Shown in pieces: positions 36,181 through 46,234 of a DNA stretch of 64,000 nt. Numbering within the stretch: position 1 is the stretch's first letter; each line of letters begins with the position of its first letter. Source of the DNA: Patescibacteria group bacterium (GTDB lineage: Bacteria > Patescibacteriota > Minisyncoccia > Phycocordibacterales > Phycocordibacteraceae); the NCBI GenBank assembly GCA_004322365.1, contig SCTS01000005.1:3697-67696 (forward strand). Reading direction: 5' to 3'. A model generated the notes under the pieces. The model was not told the DNA's origin and did no database searches. It worked only from the letters and a program-made list of their open reading frames with translations. The position numbers and the translations under genes are program-made.

Positions 36181-37104
36181 TTATTTTTTATTTTTTTCAA
36201 AAATTCTGAGTTTAGCACTTCTGGCGCGAGGGTTCTTTTTCCTCTCTGCCTCACTGGGCACAATGGGTTTTTTGGTAATACGCACACCAATGTCAGCATC
36301 TTCTGCTTGTCGAAATGCATGCTTCACAATTCTGTCTTCAAGACTATGAAATGAAATGACCGCAAGTCTTCCTTGTGGCGCTAAAAGATCCAACGCTTCT
36401 TTGAGTGCCTCTGTAAGAGCGCCAAGTTCATCATTCACTGCAATGCGAAGCGCTTGGAATGTTCTTGTTGCGGGATGAATTTTCCCATTTCTGTAAAAAC
36501 TAGGGACAGCCGAAGAAATTATGTCTGCAAGTTGTTTTGCGGTGTCGATGCTGTGGCGCCTTCGCTCTTCAACAATGACGCGAGCAATGCGTCCTGAAAA
36601 TTTCTCTTCTCCGTATTCTTTGATGATTCGTGCAATCTCTTCTTCATCCCAATCTTTAATAATGTCTTTTGCGGTATAGAGATGCTCATCACCAGAGCCG
36701 AGTGTCATCAAAAGTGGTTCATCACTTTTAAACGAGAGCCCACGCCCTCCCGCTAGTTGTTCTGAGTGCCACCCTAAATCAAACACAATCCCTTCAGCGC
36801 TCGTAATGCCTGCACTTTCTGCAAGTGCTTTGATGTTACGAAAATTTCCTTGTACATACATAACCTTTCCTGATGCATCGCTCAGACGTTCACGAGAACG
36901 AGTTAAAGAGTTTTCATCAAGATCAAGAACCAGCAAAGTTCCCTTCTTACCTAATATCTTTGAAATTTTTTCAGAATGTCCGCCAGTTCCTACCGTTGCA
37001 TCTATCGCAGTTGCCCCTGCCTTCAACAGCAAACCATCCACAGTCTCATCCAAAAGAACCGTCTCGTGCTTTACCTCTTTGGTTGCTGTATCTGTTTTGT
37101 TCAT
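36181..37104 (-). CDS. rsmH: 16S rRNA (cytosine1402-N4)-methyltransferase
   Basis: SAM-MTase motifs (IDATVGTGGHS, VFDLGWHSEQL). MraW/RsmH family, immediately after mraZ. Confidence 0.9.
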   Translation of the reverse strand: MNKTDTATKEVKHETVLLDETVDGLLLKAGATAIDATVGTGGHSEKISKILGKKGTLLVLDLDENSLTRSRERLSDASGKVMYVQGNFRNIKALAESAGITSAEGIVFDLGWHSEQLAGGRGLSFKSDEPLLMTLGSGDEHLYTAKDIIKDWDEEEIARIIKEYGEEKFSGRIARVIVEERRRHSIDTAKQLADIISSAVPSFYRNGKIHPATRTFQALRIAVNDELGALTEALKEALDLLAPQGRLAVISFHSLEDRIVKHAFRQAEDADIGVRITKKPIVPSEAERKKNPRARSAKLRIFEKNKK

Positions 37105-37131
37105 TTTCTTTTCTGTTTCTCTAAACGCTTC

Positions 37132-37593
37132 CTAAATCACTCCTATCTCCCCCAACTTCGCAGCCATTGCATCTCCTTGCGACTCAATCTGCTCTTTGTA
37201 CGAAGCCCAGCGCTTCTTATCCCAAACTTCAATGCGGTCATTCACACCTGCAAGTACGACATCGGTTTTGAGAGTCGCAAAATCTTTCAAGTAATCAGGA
37301 ATAAGAATGCGTCCTGCAGAATCAACATCAGCCTCCACTGCACCCGCAAGCATGAAGCGATTAAAACCTCGCGTATCTGATGAGCCTATAGAAAGCTGAC
37401 TAAACTTCTCTGCAAGTTTTTTCCACGATGCTACTGAGAAAACAAAAAGACAGTGGTCGAGTCCTCGAGTAACGATAACGGTCTTACCAAGTTCTTTACG
37501 AAAGCGAGCCGGAAGTGAAAGGCGTTTTTTAGGATCAAGTGTGTGTTGGTATTCGCCAATGAGCATGAAAATAAAGGGGATTTTGTGGCTCAA
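37132..37593 (-). CDS. mraZ: transcriptional regulator MraZ
   Basis: Two MraZ repeats with DxxxR motifs (TLDPKKRLSLP, DSAGRILIP). The likely start is the Met at 37563. Confidence 0.85.
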   Translation of the reverse strand: MSHKIPFIFMLIGEYQHTLDPKKRLSLPARFRKELGKTVIVTRGLDHCLFVFSVASWKKLAEKFSQLSIGSSDTRGFNRFMLAGAVEADVDSAGRILIPDYLKDFATLKTDVVLAGVNDRIEVWDKKRWASYKEQIESQGDAMAAKLGEIGVI

Positions 37594-37771
37594 AACTTAT
37601 ATGCCACTTTGTCCCACTTACTTCGTATTATATGCCACTCTGCCCCACTTTATGTTTACTTATCCCCACTTGGAACAACTAGGTTTTAGGTGCGAGGTGC
37701 CAGCTTTCAGGTAAAAAAAATCCCCACCAATGGCAGGGATTTTAGTTTTTCTTAGGAGCTACAAAAATGTA

Positions 37772-39370
37772 TTAGGAAACCTCTTTGAGGCGAGAAATCA
37801 CGAAATCCCTATCCAAAACACTAAGAAACCAGCCGACTTTAGGCCCGTGATCCTTCCCTAAGAATGCTTGGTAAATAGCTCCAAAGAAAGCTTTTGGCTC
37901 TATGGCATGTCGCTTTCGTATCTCATGGATTTCTGTGTGGAGCTGTAAACCGTCGAGCTTTTCATGACTCTCTATGAAAGTGAGCAATTCCAACAGCGTA
38001 CCCTTTTGCTCAGCAGATAAATTCTTTGCAGATTCAGGAACACTATCCATTGAAAGTGAAAATTTAAATTCATCGGAGGCTGATTTCTCCAACCAAATTT
38101 TGGCGTACTTTGCTCGAAGCTCAAGCTCTTCTCTATCAAGAGGTGTTATTGCCTCTCCCTTCAGACGAAGCGCCTCAGACTCTAAATCAAGGTGAGGCAT
38201 CTGCACGAGGAATGCTACTTGCGAGAATCTCGGAAGAAATCGCTTTCTACTTTTGAGCACTGCCCGTTCGACTGGTGTATGAACATATTCAAATAATCGT
38301 GAATCATCATCAACGATTCCTGACCAATACTTCTCCGCAAGAGTGTCATAGGTATCAAATAACACTGGAATAGTGTCACCAGCTGGATCAAAGTTAATTT
38401 GCTGATTCATGTCTTTTCCAAAAAGTGCGAGTCTAAATATTTGCGGAGGTAAAAGATCAACAATCTCACGCGCCGAGGATCCTGCACCTTTTGAAGAAGA
38501 CATTTTCTTTCCACCCACCAAAAAGAATTCATTTGGTACACCGAATGGTTCAGGGTATTCAAATACTTCTTCCGAAATACGGCGCGCAACATCACGCGAA
38601 CCGCCTTTTGAATAATGATCCTTCCCTCCGCCCTCAACATCAACACCTATCACTTTCCACTTTGCTGCCCAATCAAGCTTCCATAATAGTTTTCCGTTTC
38701 CATTGAATGGAGAAATCTTCCCGGAGTGGGCACACCCTTCAGTCCACTTCACTGCCGTTGGATAGCACGTATAGGTTACTTTTTCACCATCGAATGCCGT
38801 CACTTTTGTAGTACTCATTTTCCCGCAACTCTCGCAAATAACCTGGATCGGAAACCAATCGGCTGGACGAGGTGTTCCATATATTTCTTGATAGATCTTC
38901 CGAACAGTTTCTACTTTATTAAGCGCCATAGTTATGACACCGTTCATTTTTCCCGACACATACAACTCGCTTGCACGGTAAAACTCAGGATTGAATCCCG
39001 CCCCATGAATTGCCGAAATGTAATCACTTGCAACGTCTTCAGCAAAATTTGGCGCAAGCGAACCCTCTGGCGCTGGAATCTTATAAAGAGGCTTCCCCAT
39101 TTCTTTTTGATACACCGATGCATCTAAGTACACGGGGAGTCCGTCCATTGGATCAAAATCGTTTATTTCATATTTAAAAATGTTTGGAACGCCCGCTTCT
39201 GTAAGTCGCTCTGAAATAGCAGCGTGGAGTGCAAGTGCACGCATAGAGCCAACATGTACTCTCCCTGAGGCAGTTTTTTCATCACGAACTGTGAGCGTAT
39301 CGCCAGACGCTATTTTTTCTTTGAGCGAATTTTCTAGTTGTTCGTATACCTTATCAAGCCAGAACATCAT
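37772..39370 (-). CDS. lysK: lysine--tRNA ligase, class I (LysRS-I type) — class-I aaRS with KMSSSKG
   Basis: HIGH-like motif (SGRVHVGSMR) near the N-terminus and KMSKS-like KMSSSKGAG. 532 aa. The pattern fits class-I LysRS best of the class-I synthetases. This is inference from motifs only. Confidence 0.65.
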   Translation of the reverse strand: MMFWLDKVYEQLENSLKEKIASGDTLTVRDEKTASGRVHVGSMRALALHAAISERLTEAGVPNIFKYEINDFDPMDGLPVYLDASVYQKEMGKPLYKIPAPEGSLAPNFAEDVASDYISAIHGAGFNPEFYRASELYVSGKMNGVITMALNKVETVRKIYQEIYGTPRPADWFPIQVICESCGKMSTTKVTAFDGEKVTYTCYPTAVKWTEGCAHSGKISPFNGNGKLLWKLDWAAKWKVIGVDVEGGGKDHYSKGGSRDVARRISEEVFEYPEPFGVPNEFFLVGGKKMSSSKGAGSSAREIVDLLPPQIFRLALFGKDMNQQINFDPAGDTIPVLFDTYDTLAEKYWSGIVDDDSRLFEYVHTPVERAVLKSRKRFLPRFSQVAFLVQMPHLDLESEALRLKGEAITPLDREELELRAKYAKIWLEKSASDEFKFSLSMDSVPESAKNLSAEQKGTLLELLTFIESHEKLDGLQLHTEIHEIRKRHAIEPKAFFGAIYQAFLGKDHGPKVGWFLSVLDRDFVISRLKEVS

Positions 39371-39450
39371 CCAATCCTAAGCTAAAGAGGCTTGATATAC
39401 AAGAAAATTCTCCCAACAGGGAGAATAATAAACATCTATTATTAAGAAAA

Positions 39451-39636
39451 CTAATTTTTCTTTCCGCTCTTTGCTTCTCTATCTAATTTTTCCTGCCGTT
39501 TCTTCTTCCACCCTGTTTTAGTCCATTTTGGAAAGCCGTCTATTCCTCCTGCTGTTTCAGCCTTCGTTACTTCAACGCCCGTAATGTAGAAGGTCTCGTG
39601 ATTTTGTTCTATGCCCATGGACTTAAGAAATCTCAA
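39451..39636 (-). CDS. hypothetical small basic protein
   Basis: 61-aa ORF overlapping the greA stop. No motif. Confidence 0.25.
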   Translation of the reverse strand: MRFLKSMGIEQNHETFYITGVEVTKAETAGGIDGFPKWTKTGWKKKRQEKLDREAKSGKKN

Positions 39637-40114
39637 TAACCGTGTACTCCTGCCTTCCGCTTGGAGTTGAAAAAGTAAATGTCTCGCCTTTCTTTTTGTT
39701 CATCATCGCTTCACCTAGAGGCGAGAGGTGAGAAATTTTGTGCTGACGCATATCTGCTTCCTCACTTCCTACAATGGTGTATGCATGTTCTCCCTTATCG
39801 CCTTTTTTGCGAATCGTAACTGTTGAGCCAAAACCTGCAACTCCTTTTTTCTTTTCTGAAATAATGACCGCTGATTTTATGATGTGCTCGAGCCTGCGAA
39901 TGCGCTCTTCCGTCGCTGCCTGTAATTCACGCGCTGCCTGATATTCAGCATTCTCTGAAAGGTCACCAAGAGAACGAGCGTACTCAAGGCCTTCTGCGAT
40001 TTCCCTTCTTGCAACGGTAACTAAACGCTCGAGCTCCAACTTTAATTCATCAAATTTTTCCTGAGAGAGAAGATTTTGTTCTTCTGATTGATCACCTTTT
40101 GTACGTGCTTTCAT
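39623..40114 (-). CDS. greA: transcription elongation factor GreA
   Basis: Start taken at MKARTKG. N-terminal coiled-coil with conserved acidic residues, C-terminal FKBP-like domain (GSTVTI..., GEAMMNKKKGETFTF). Confidence 0.85.
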   Translation of the reverse strand: MKARTKGDQSEEQNLLSQEKFDELKLELERLVTVARREIAEGLEYARSLGDLSENAEYQAARELQAATEERIRRLEHIIKSAVIISEKKKGVAGFGSTVTIRKKGDKGEHAYTIVGSEEADMRQHKISHLSPLGEAMMNKKKGETFTFSTPSGRQEYTVIEIS

Positions 40115-40239
40115 AGTGGTATGCGATATTGTAAGTGGCATTGCAAAAATACGCAATGCCCACCAAATAGACCGAATTCTAAGTAGAAAATCGTACCTCT
40201 CTTTCTCTTCTTTTTAATCTCACTCCCGCCATCTGACAC

Positions 40240-41967
40240 CTACTTAACCATCTCTGGTCTTTCGCTAACGATAAAACGCAACACTTCTCCCATCACGGCA
40301 GGTGCCCCTTGCGGTGTCCCTGCCTTTGCGCGTTCCATCACCACCGCAAATGCATAGCGTGGATTTTCATACGGGAAAAATCCAACAACAAGTGAGTTGA
40401 TGGATTCTTTGCGCGCACCAACTTCTGCAGTCCCCGTCTTTGCAGCGGCGCGCACACCGGGAACTGCAAGCGCTTGTGCCAAACCTTCCGTAACAGCGAG
40501 CCGCATACCTTCGCGAACAATCTGCAAGTTACTAGAACTCACTGCAACATTTGTATGCAGTCCCGTTTGTCCTGCCTCAATCACTGGTGTAACTAACATG
40601 CCGTCGTTTGCAATCGCTGCAATGCTCCGAACTAACTGCATCACCGTTACCTGAAATCCGTACTGCCCAATTGCTGTATGGTATGTGTTTCCAAGAAACC
40701 ACCGCTCTCCATCAAACATATTTGCTTTCCACTCTGGGTCTGGAACCGTACCAAATTCTTCACCTGACATTGGTACGCCTGTTTCTTTTCCAAAACCAAA
40801 CATACGCATGTACGTATCAATTTTTGCAATACCAAGTCCTGCCTGATCTTGATACCCGCCACCTATCGCGTAGAAATAAACATCAGACGACACTGAGAGC
40901 GCCTTGCGAATATCAACCCACCCATGTGCTTTCCAATCTTTAAAAACAGAAGGCTTGGAAGGATCATACGGATTAGGAATGGAAATTGATCCAGTCGATA
41001 AAATTTGCTTGGTGGGACTAATGATGCGCTCTTGGAGAGCGGCGCTCGCCATAAAAGGTTTTACCACTGAACCTGGCGTGTAGAGCCCTGAGACTGCCCG
41101 ATCAAGAAATGGTGAGCGATCACTGGCAAGAAGTTTTGCAACAGCATCTTTAGGTGAACCGCTCGACATAACTTCAGGATCAAACGACGGATAACTCACT
41201 ACCGCTAAAAGTTCCCCTGTTTGTACATCCATAATCACACCCGACCCCCCGCGCCATTTTGATTCTTCAGACCGATGTGCAATAGCTTCATGCATTGCCT
41301 TCTGAAGACCTGCATCAATAGAAAGACGAATGTCACTCCCCGTCTTTGCGGTGCGCACCATACTGCCCGAAACCACATTTCCCGATGCATCTGTTTCAGC
41401 AATACTGAGGCCATTCGTCCCAGAGAGTGCCTCGTCATACAAAGATTCAACTCCAACGACACCTGCCGTGTGGTCTTGGTACCAATACCCATTTTGATCC
41501 GCTTTTGGATATGACACATACCCCACCAACACTGACGCAGAAGAACCAAAAGGATATTTCCTTGTTGCAAAAAGACCGAGAGGCGCATCTTTTTTTGTCG
41601 TTGAAGAAGCAAGTGTTTCTGATATTCCTACAGTATTACCTGCCAAGACTACCCCGGTCCGATCAAGAATAAGACCACGGTCAGCAATAATTACTGAATG
41701 TGCAAGTCGATTAGCTTCAGCGCGCGCAGATAGAGACTGGTATTGGACAATCTGTAAATTAATCAGTGCTCCTATAAATATGACCCCAACAAGCAATGTT
41801 ATAGAAAAAAAACCAGTGAATACAGAAGTGCCTACAGGCCTCTCAATTCTTCCTTCGAGCCTTGAAGTATCAAACGCAGGTAAGTTTGCTGCATCAATAA
41901 GAATTTCGTCAGGTTCAATTTCCTGATATCGTTTTTTTCGATTAAAGATGCGACGAAACACAGTCAT
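40240..41967 (-). CDS. mrdA: penicillin-binding protein 2 (class B transpeptidase, elongasome-type)
   Basis: TM anchor. SxxK (GSVVKPF), SxD/N and KTGTAE motifs. Immediately downstream of mreBCD. Confidence 0.85.
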   Translation of the reverse strand: MTVFRRIFNRKKRYQEIEPDEILIDAANLPAFDTSRLEGRIERPVGTSVFTGFFSITLLVGVIFIGALINLQIVQYQSLSARAEANRLAHSVIIADRGLILDRTGVVLAGNTVGISETLASSTTKKDAPLGLFATRKYPFGSSASVLVGYVSYPKADQNGYWYQDHTAGVVGVESLYDEALSGTNGLSIAETDASGNVVSGSMVRTAKTGSDIRLSIDAGLQKAMHEAIAHRSEESKWRGGSGVIMDVQTGELLAVVSYPSFDPEVMSSGSPKDAVAKLLASDRSPFLDRAVSGLYTPGSVVKPFMASAALQERIISPTKQILSTGSISIPNPYDPSKPSVFKDWKAHGWVDIRKALSVSSDVYFYAIGGGYQDQAGLGIAKIDTYMRMFGFGKETGVPMSGEEFGTVPDPEWKANMFDGERWFLGNTYHTAIGQYGFQVTVMQLVRSIAAIANDGMLVTPVIEAGQTGLHTNVAVSSSNLQIVREGMRLAVTEGLAQALAVPGVRAAAKTGTAEVGARKESINSLVVGFFPYENPRYAFAVVMERAKAGTPQGAPAVMGEVLRFIVSERPEMVK

Positions 41968-41976
41968 ATTACTATT

Positions 41977-42234
41977 TTATTCTGAAAGAGTTCGGTGAAG
42001 ATACCATGAAAGTATAACGAGCATGAAAAAAAGTGCTGTGTAGAGATATTGGAATCCTCCAAATGGAACCATTGGTGCACCAAACACTACATCCATACAG
42101 AGACCCCCAATAATGACGAGTACGCTAGCTTCAAAAAGTGAAAGCAAAAGAATACCCAAAGTTACAGTGAGCCACCAAGGACAGAAAAACACACTCGCGA
42201 AAAACGCCACACTCAGTCCTATGCGGGCAATCAT
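41977..42234 (-). CDS. mreD: rod shape-determining protein MreD
   Basis: 85-aa polytopic membrane protein in the mreB-mreC-[mreD]-mrdA position. Confidence 0.6.
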   Translation of the reverse strand: MIARIGLSVAFFASVFFCPWWLTVTLGILLLSLFEASVLVIIGGLCMDVVFGAPMVPFGGFQYLYTALFFMLVILSWYLHRTLSE

Positions 42235-42998
42235 CGGGTAGGAATAATTCGAATAAAATCAAGTTCAGAAAATGAAAATGGAATGGTGAATCGTATTGTT
42301 TGAGATACATCACGCACCTCGGCAGAAATACTTTGAACAACGCCAGCAACGAGCGACTCAGTTGCAGGGAATCGCACCGAATCTCCTAGTGCAACTTTTA
42401 CACCTTGAGGAACAGAAACTTCAAACGCGCCACCGCCCAAACCTTTGGCTACTGCAACCGCGCGTGGATCGCCCAAAATGACATCGTGCGAAACACCTGA
42501 ACTTGAAAACAAAGTCACTGTCGCACTACTGCTATCAACAGCACTAATGCGCCCAAGCACCACACCTTGATATATAGCCACATCATTTTCATTGATACCG
42601 CCCGATTTCCCTACATCAATGAGGAGTGTGTCGTAATTTGTTCGAGGAGGTCTCGCAATAACACGAGCAGTAACGCCATAGGGAGTTGCCACTGCACCAG
42701 CAGAGTCACGAAGTGATGCATTTTCGTCCGCAAGGAGACTATAGAGAAGTGCTTGGTACCGTATGCGTTTCAAATCAGCATCGGCATCGCTCAGGCGAGC
42801 GATGAGTGCATTTTTCGACAGTGCACTATACTCATCGGCCTTCGCGCGAGGAGCTACAACATTTGCCACAATTCCCCTTGTGAACGAGCCAATGCTTGAA
42901 CTAAAAACAAACACAATAACCAAACTTGCTAACGCAATAGCGCCAGTAAGAAAATGGAGTCGTGTTTTAGAACCCCGCGAGTACGCCATCATCGTCAT
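42231..42998 (-). CDS. mreC: rod shape-determining protein MreC
   Basis: N-terminal TM helix, coiled-coil, then a beta-rich periplasmic domain. Sits in an operon between mreB and mreD. Confidence 0.75.
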   Translation of the reverse strand: MTMMAYSRGSKTRLHFLTGAIALASLVIVFVFSSSIGSFTRGIVANVVAPRAKADEYSALSKNALIARLSDADADLKRIRYQALLYSLLADENASLRDSAGAVATPYGVTARVIARPPRTNYDTLLIDVGKSGGINENDVAIYQGVVLGRISAVDSSSATVTLFSSSGVSHDVILGDPRAVAVAKGLGGGAFEVSVPQGVKVALGDSVRFPATESLVAGVVQSISAEVRDVSQTIRFTIPFSFSELDFIRIIPTR

Positions 42999-44028
42999 CG
43001 ACTAATACTGCACGATATTTTTCAACGTCTTCGAGCACAATGCCAGTTCCACGGACAACCGTAGTCAACGGGTCATCGACTACATGAATAGGTACCTTAA
43101 GCTCTGATGCCAAAAGTTCAGGTAAACCTCGAAGTAAGGCGCCTCCACCCGTAAGGAAAATACCGAGACGCATCACATCAGAAACTACTTCTGGTGGTGC
43201 AGTTTCAATAACTTCTTTTATTGCTTCAACAATCGAAATAATAGAGGAACCAGTGGCTTCTCGTATATCTGCATCAGTAATAACAATTTCACGAGGAAGC
43301 CCTGTCACCAAATCACGGCCTCGAATGTGTGTTTCTAGAGCGATTGGTAACTTGATTGCCGAACCAACTGCAACCTTTACATCCTCAGCGGTGCGCTCAC
43401 CAATTAAAATTTTAAATTCGCTACGAATGTAGCTCGCAATATCATCATTCAAAACATCTCCTGCGATTCGAATATTCTTTGCACGAACTATTCCACCCAA
43501 AGACATGAGCGCGATGTCGGTAGTGCCTCCACCTATATCCACCAACATAGTTCCTACTGCGCTCTCAACAGGTAATCTGGCACCTAAAGCGGCAGCCATT
43601 GGCTCTTCAATAATGAGCACCTCTCTCGCACCAGCATTTTTTGCAGCATCTCTGACGGCGCGAATTTCTACATTGGTAATACCTGAAGGAACACCAATAA
43701 CAACACGGGGTCCTAATAACATTCGCTCCGTTTGTGCTTTTTGAATCAGATAGGTAAGCATTTCTTCGGTCACTTCGAAATCAGAAATAACACCCTCAAC
43801 GAGGGGTCTAATGGCAGTGATGTGTGTCGGAGTCCTGCCAATCATGTCTCTCGCAGAAGCTCCTACAGCAACCACTTGTCCAGTTTTCTGATTCAAAGCA
43901 ACCACCGATGGCTCAGTGATGACAATGCCCTTACCTTTCAAATACACCAAAGTATTCGCAGTACCGAGATCAATACCGATATCCTTTGAGAACCGCTCTG
44001 CTATTTTTCGCGGTAATTTAAAAGCCAT
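42967..44028 (-). CDS. mreB: rod shape-determining protein MreB (actin homolog)
   Basis: IGIDLGTANTLVY, LVDIGGGTTD and other canonical actin-fold phosphate motifs. 353 aa. Confidence 0.95.
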   Translation of the reverse strand: MAFKLPRKIAERFSKDIGIDLGTANTLVYLKGKGIVITEPSVVALNQKTGQVVAVGASARDMIGRTPTHITAIRPLVEGVISDFEVTEEMLTYLIQKAQTERMLLGPRVVIGVPSGITNVEIRAVRDAAKNAGAREVLIIEEPMAAALGARLPVESAVGTMLVDIGGGTTDIALMSLGGIVRAKNIRIAGDVLNDDIASYIRSEFKILIGERTAEDVKVAVGSAIKLPIALETHIRGRDLVTGLPREIVITDADIREATGSSIISIVEAIKEVIETAPPEVVSDVMRLGIFLTGGGALLRGLPELLASELKVPIHVVDDPLTTVVRGTGIVLEDVEKYRAVLVDDDDGVLAGF

Positions 44029-45271
44029 AATTTTGAGTTAACAGTGCCCGTTTTGATACCGTCTTTTTTAGCCCATCAACGCGTCGCACAATTTCAAACG
44101 AGCCTTCGGTCGACTGTCGTCCTACCACTATGCGGTACGGCATACCCAAAAGGTCTGAGTCTGCAAATTTCTCTCCCGCGCGCGTATCTCGCTCATCGTA
44201 CAAAACCTCAACGCCAACAGCCTGAAGTTCTTCATATAAAGAATCCGCAAGCGCGCGTATTTTTTCATCTCCTTGTGAGAGCTCAACAAGATGAACATCA
44301 AACGGTGCAATAGAAGCAGGCCAGACAGTTCCCTTCTCATCACATAACACTTCCACCACGGTGCCTAGTAGTCGTCCTACGCCTATGCCGTATGAGCCCA
44401 TGTGTACCTGTGCATCTTTCCCGTCTTTGTCTTTGTATTTGAGACCAAGAGCATCAGCGTACTTCGTGCCGAGTTTAAAGATGTTACCCACTTCAATAGA
44501 TTTTGCTTCTACCAACTTATTGCGATCAAGCGATAGCTCTTCAAGTACTTCCTCCGTCATAACTTCATCGTTCACTGCAATCCGCTTTTCCGTGTCTATA
44601 TATATAGTGTCTTCGCCTGCAGTTGATACTGTCTGGAACTCGTGACTATATTTTGAAAATACTCCACCTGACGCAAATGTCAGGTAGGTAATATCACCCA
44701 AGCCAACACGGCGGAATATATTTTCATAGGCAATACCTACTTCCTTATAAAATGCATCAAGTTCCTCTTCTGAACGACAAAATGAATACAAATCTTTCAT
44801 TACAAACTCACGCCCGCGCATGATGCCGGATTTTGTACGAAGTTCGTTCCGAAATTTTGATTGAAAGTGGTACACATACCGAGGTAAATCACGGTAGCTC
44901 GATACCTGCATGGCAACGGCTTTTGTGATTGGCTCTTCATGCGTAAAAGAAAGTCCAAGCTCCCCTCCTGATTTCAGTTCAGTCTTAAACCAATTATCTA
45001 TTTTTTTATCATCCCATCGATCAGTTGCTTTCCACAATTCAGGATTCTGCAAAACTGAAAAAGAAACTTCCTGTCCACCAAGTGCATTCATTTCTTCTCG
45101 AATAATGTTTTCAATTTTTTTAAAAACACGAAGTCCGAGTGGAAGTAAATCGTACACACCAGCCATCTCCTTGTGAATGTAGCCACCTCGAATCAGAAGT
45201 TGGGCATTCTCAGAAACCTCATCTTTTGGGGCATCCTTGCGGGTTTTAGTAAAGAGATGTGATTGCTTCAT
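44018..45271 (-). CDS. proS: proline--tRNA ligase (short, editing-domain-less form)
   Basis: N-terminus HLFTKTRKDAP...SENAQLLIRGGYIHKEMAGVYDLLPLGLRVFKKIENIIREEM matches the ProRS class-II motif-1 region (FxKTxRExP...SHxLMLRAGxIRxxxxGxYxxLPxGxRVxxKIExIIREEM). Confidence 0.7.
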   Translation of the reverse strand: MKQSHLFTKTRKDAPKDEVSENAQLLIRGGYIHKEMAGVYDLLPLGLRVFKKIENIIREEMNALGGQEVSFSVLQNPELWKATDRWDDKKIDNWFKTELKSGGELGLSFTHEEPITKAVAMQVSSYRDLPRYVYHFQSKFRNELRTKSGIMRGREFVMKDLYSFCRSEEELDAFYKEVGIAYENIFRRVGLGDITYLTFASGGVFSKYSHEFQTVSTAGEDTIYIDTEKRIAVNDEVMTEEVLEELSLDRNKLVEAKSIEVGNIFKLGTKYADALGLKYKDKDGKDAQVHMGSYGIGVGRLLGTVVEVLCDEKGTVWPASIAPFDVHLVELSQGDEKIRALADSLYEELQAVGVEVLYDERDTRAGEKFADSDLLGMPYRIVVGRQSTEGSFEIVRRVDGLKKTVSKRALLTQNYGF

Positions 45272-45288
45272 TCTCGAAATAGTACAGC

Positions 45289-45624
45289 CTAAAAGAGCTT
45301 TCCGCCAACAATGGCAGAATCATTGCTTGGGACAACAAGAATTGCCTGCCCTTCTGAATCAGGCACACCGAGCGTCAAACACTCCGAAACAAAAGGTCCA
45401 ATTTGCCGAGGAGGAAAATTGACTACACCAAGAACCTTCTTGCCGAGAAGCTCTTCTTTTGTGTGATGCTTCACGAGCTGTGCGGATGAATGTTTGATGC
45501 CAATGTCGGATCCAAAATCAATCGTCAACTTATACGCAGGTTTTCTTGCTTCAGGAAAATCATCCACTGCAATTATTTTTCCGACCCGAATGTCTACTAT
45601 TCCCAAATCATCTATTGTGGCCAT
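45289..45624 (-). CDS. csaA: tRNA-binding protein (CsaA/Trbp111 family)
   Basis: OB-fold tRNA-binding motifs (DIRVGKIIAVDDFPEARKPAYKLTIDFG, LLGKKVLGVVNFPPRQIGPFVSE). Confidence 0.8.
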   Translation of the reverse strand: MATIDDLGIVDIRVGKIIAVDDFPEARKPAYKLTIDFGSDIGIKHSSAQLVKHHTKEELLGKKVLGVVNFPPRQIGPFVSECLTLGVPDSEGQAILVVPSNDSAIVGGKLF

Positions 45625-45634
45625 AAAAATTTAA

Positions 45635-45913
45635 TTAACTTTCTAAGGTTGTAATTTTTCTCTGAGCTTTTTCTATTGCTCTTTCAAGTCTTCTTTTCTT
45701 TATCTCCGTAAGTTGTATAGAGTACGGAATCAGGTGGAGATTTTTTGAAGCGTCACCCGCGTCTCTCCATACTTCATACTGACATTTCTTTTCTTCGCAC
45801 ACACTTACTGAGATTCGCAAGTTCCGGACATACTCACGGAGTCGCTGAACTCTCTGCTTCGAATTCTCTTTTTTTCTTCTCTCGCTTCGGTTTTTTCTCT
45901 GCTCTAACGAACT
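45635..45913 (-). CDS. hypothetical basic protein with a possible Cys pair (VCEEKKC)
   Basis: Start placed at the internal Met (MSSLEQRKN...), because the upstream part of the track ORF is occupied by a strong hairpin at 45938-45968. Confidence 0.3.
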   Translation of the reverse strand, partial: SSLEQRKNRSERRKKENSKQRVQRLREYVRNLRISVSVCEEKKCQYEVWRDAGDASKNLHLIPYSIQLTEIKKRRLERAIEKAQRKITTLES

Positions 45914-46234
45914 CATACAATTTACTACAATTAATAAATGCCCCTCATTCCCTTTCGGGAATGAGGGGCGAGAATATCGCGGTACCACCCTTCTTTGTTC
46001 TTTAGAGAATTTTTACTATCGAGCGAGAGAGGGGGAAGAAGAACTTTTTTTCTTCCCCGAACGAGCGCTGAGAGCAAAAAATACCTCCTAGGTATTTTTT
46101 ACGGTTTCCTTTTCCGTCGCACTTATATCCACTGTGGAATTTCGTGCGCAGCTTGTTTGGCTGGGTACCAAACTCAAACGCCTGTATGTAACTAAAACTA
46201 GTGTACCAAAAGAAGCGGGAGTGTCAAAAATGAC

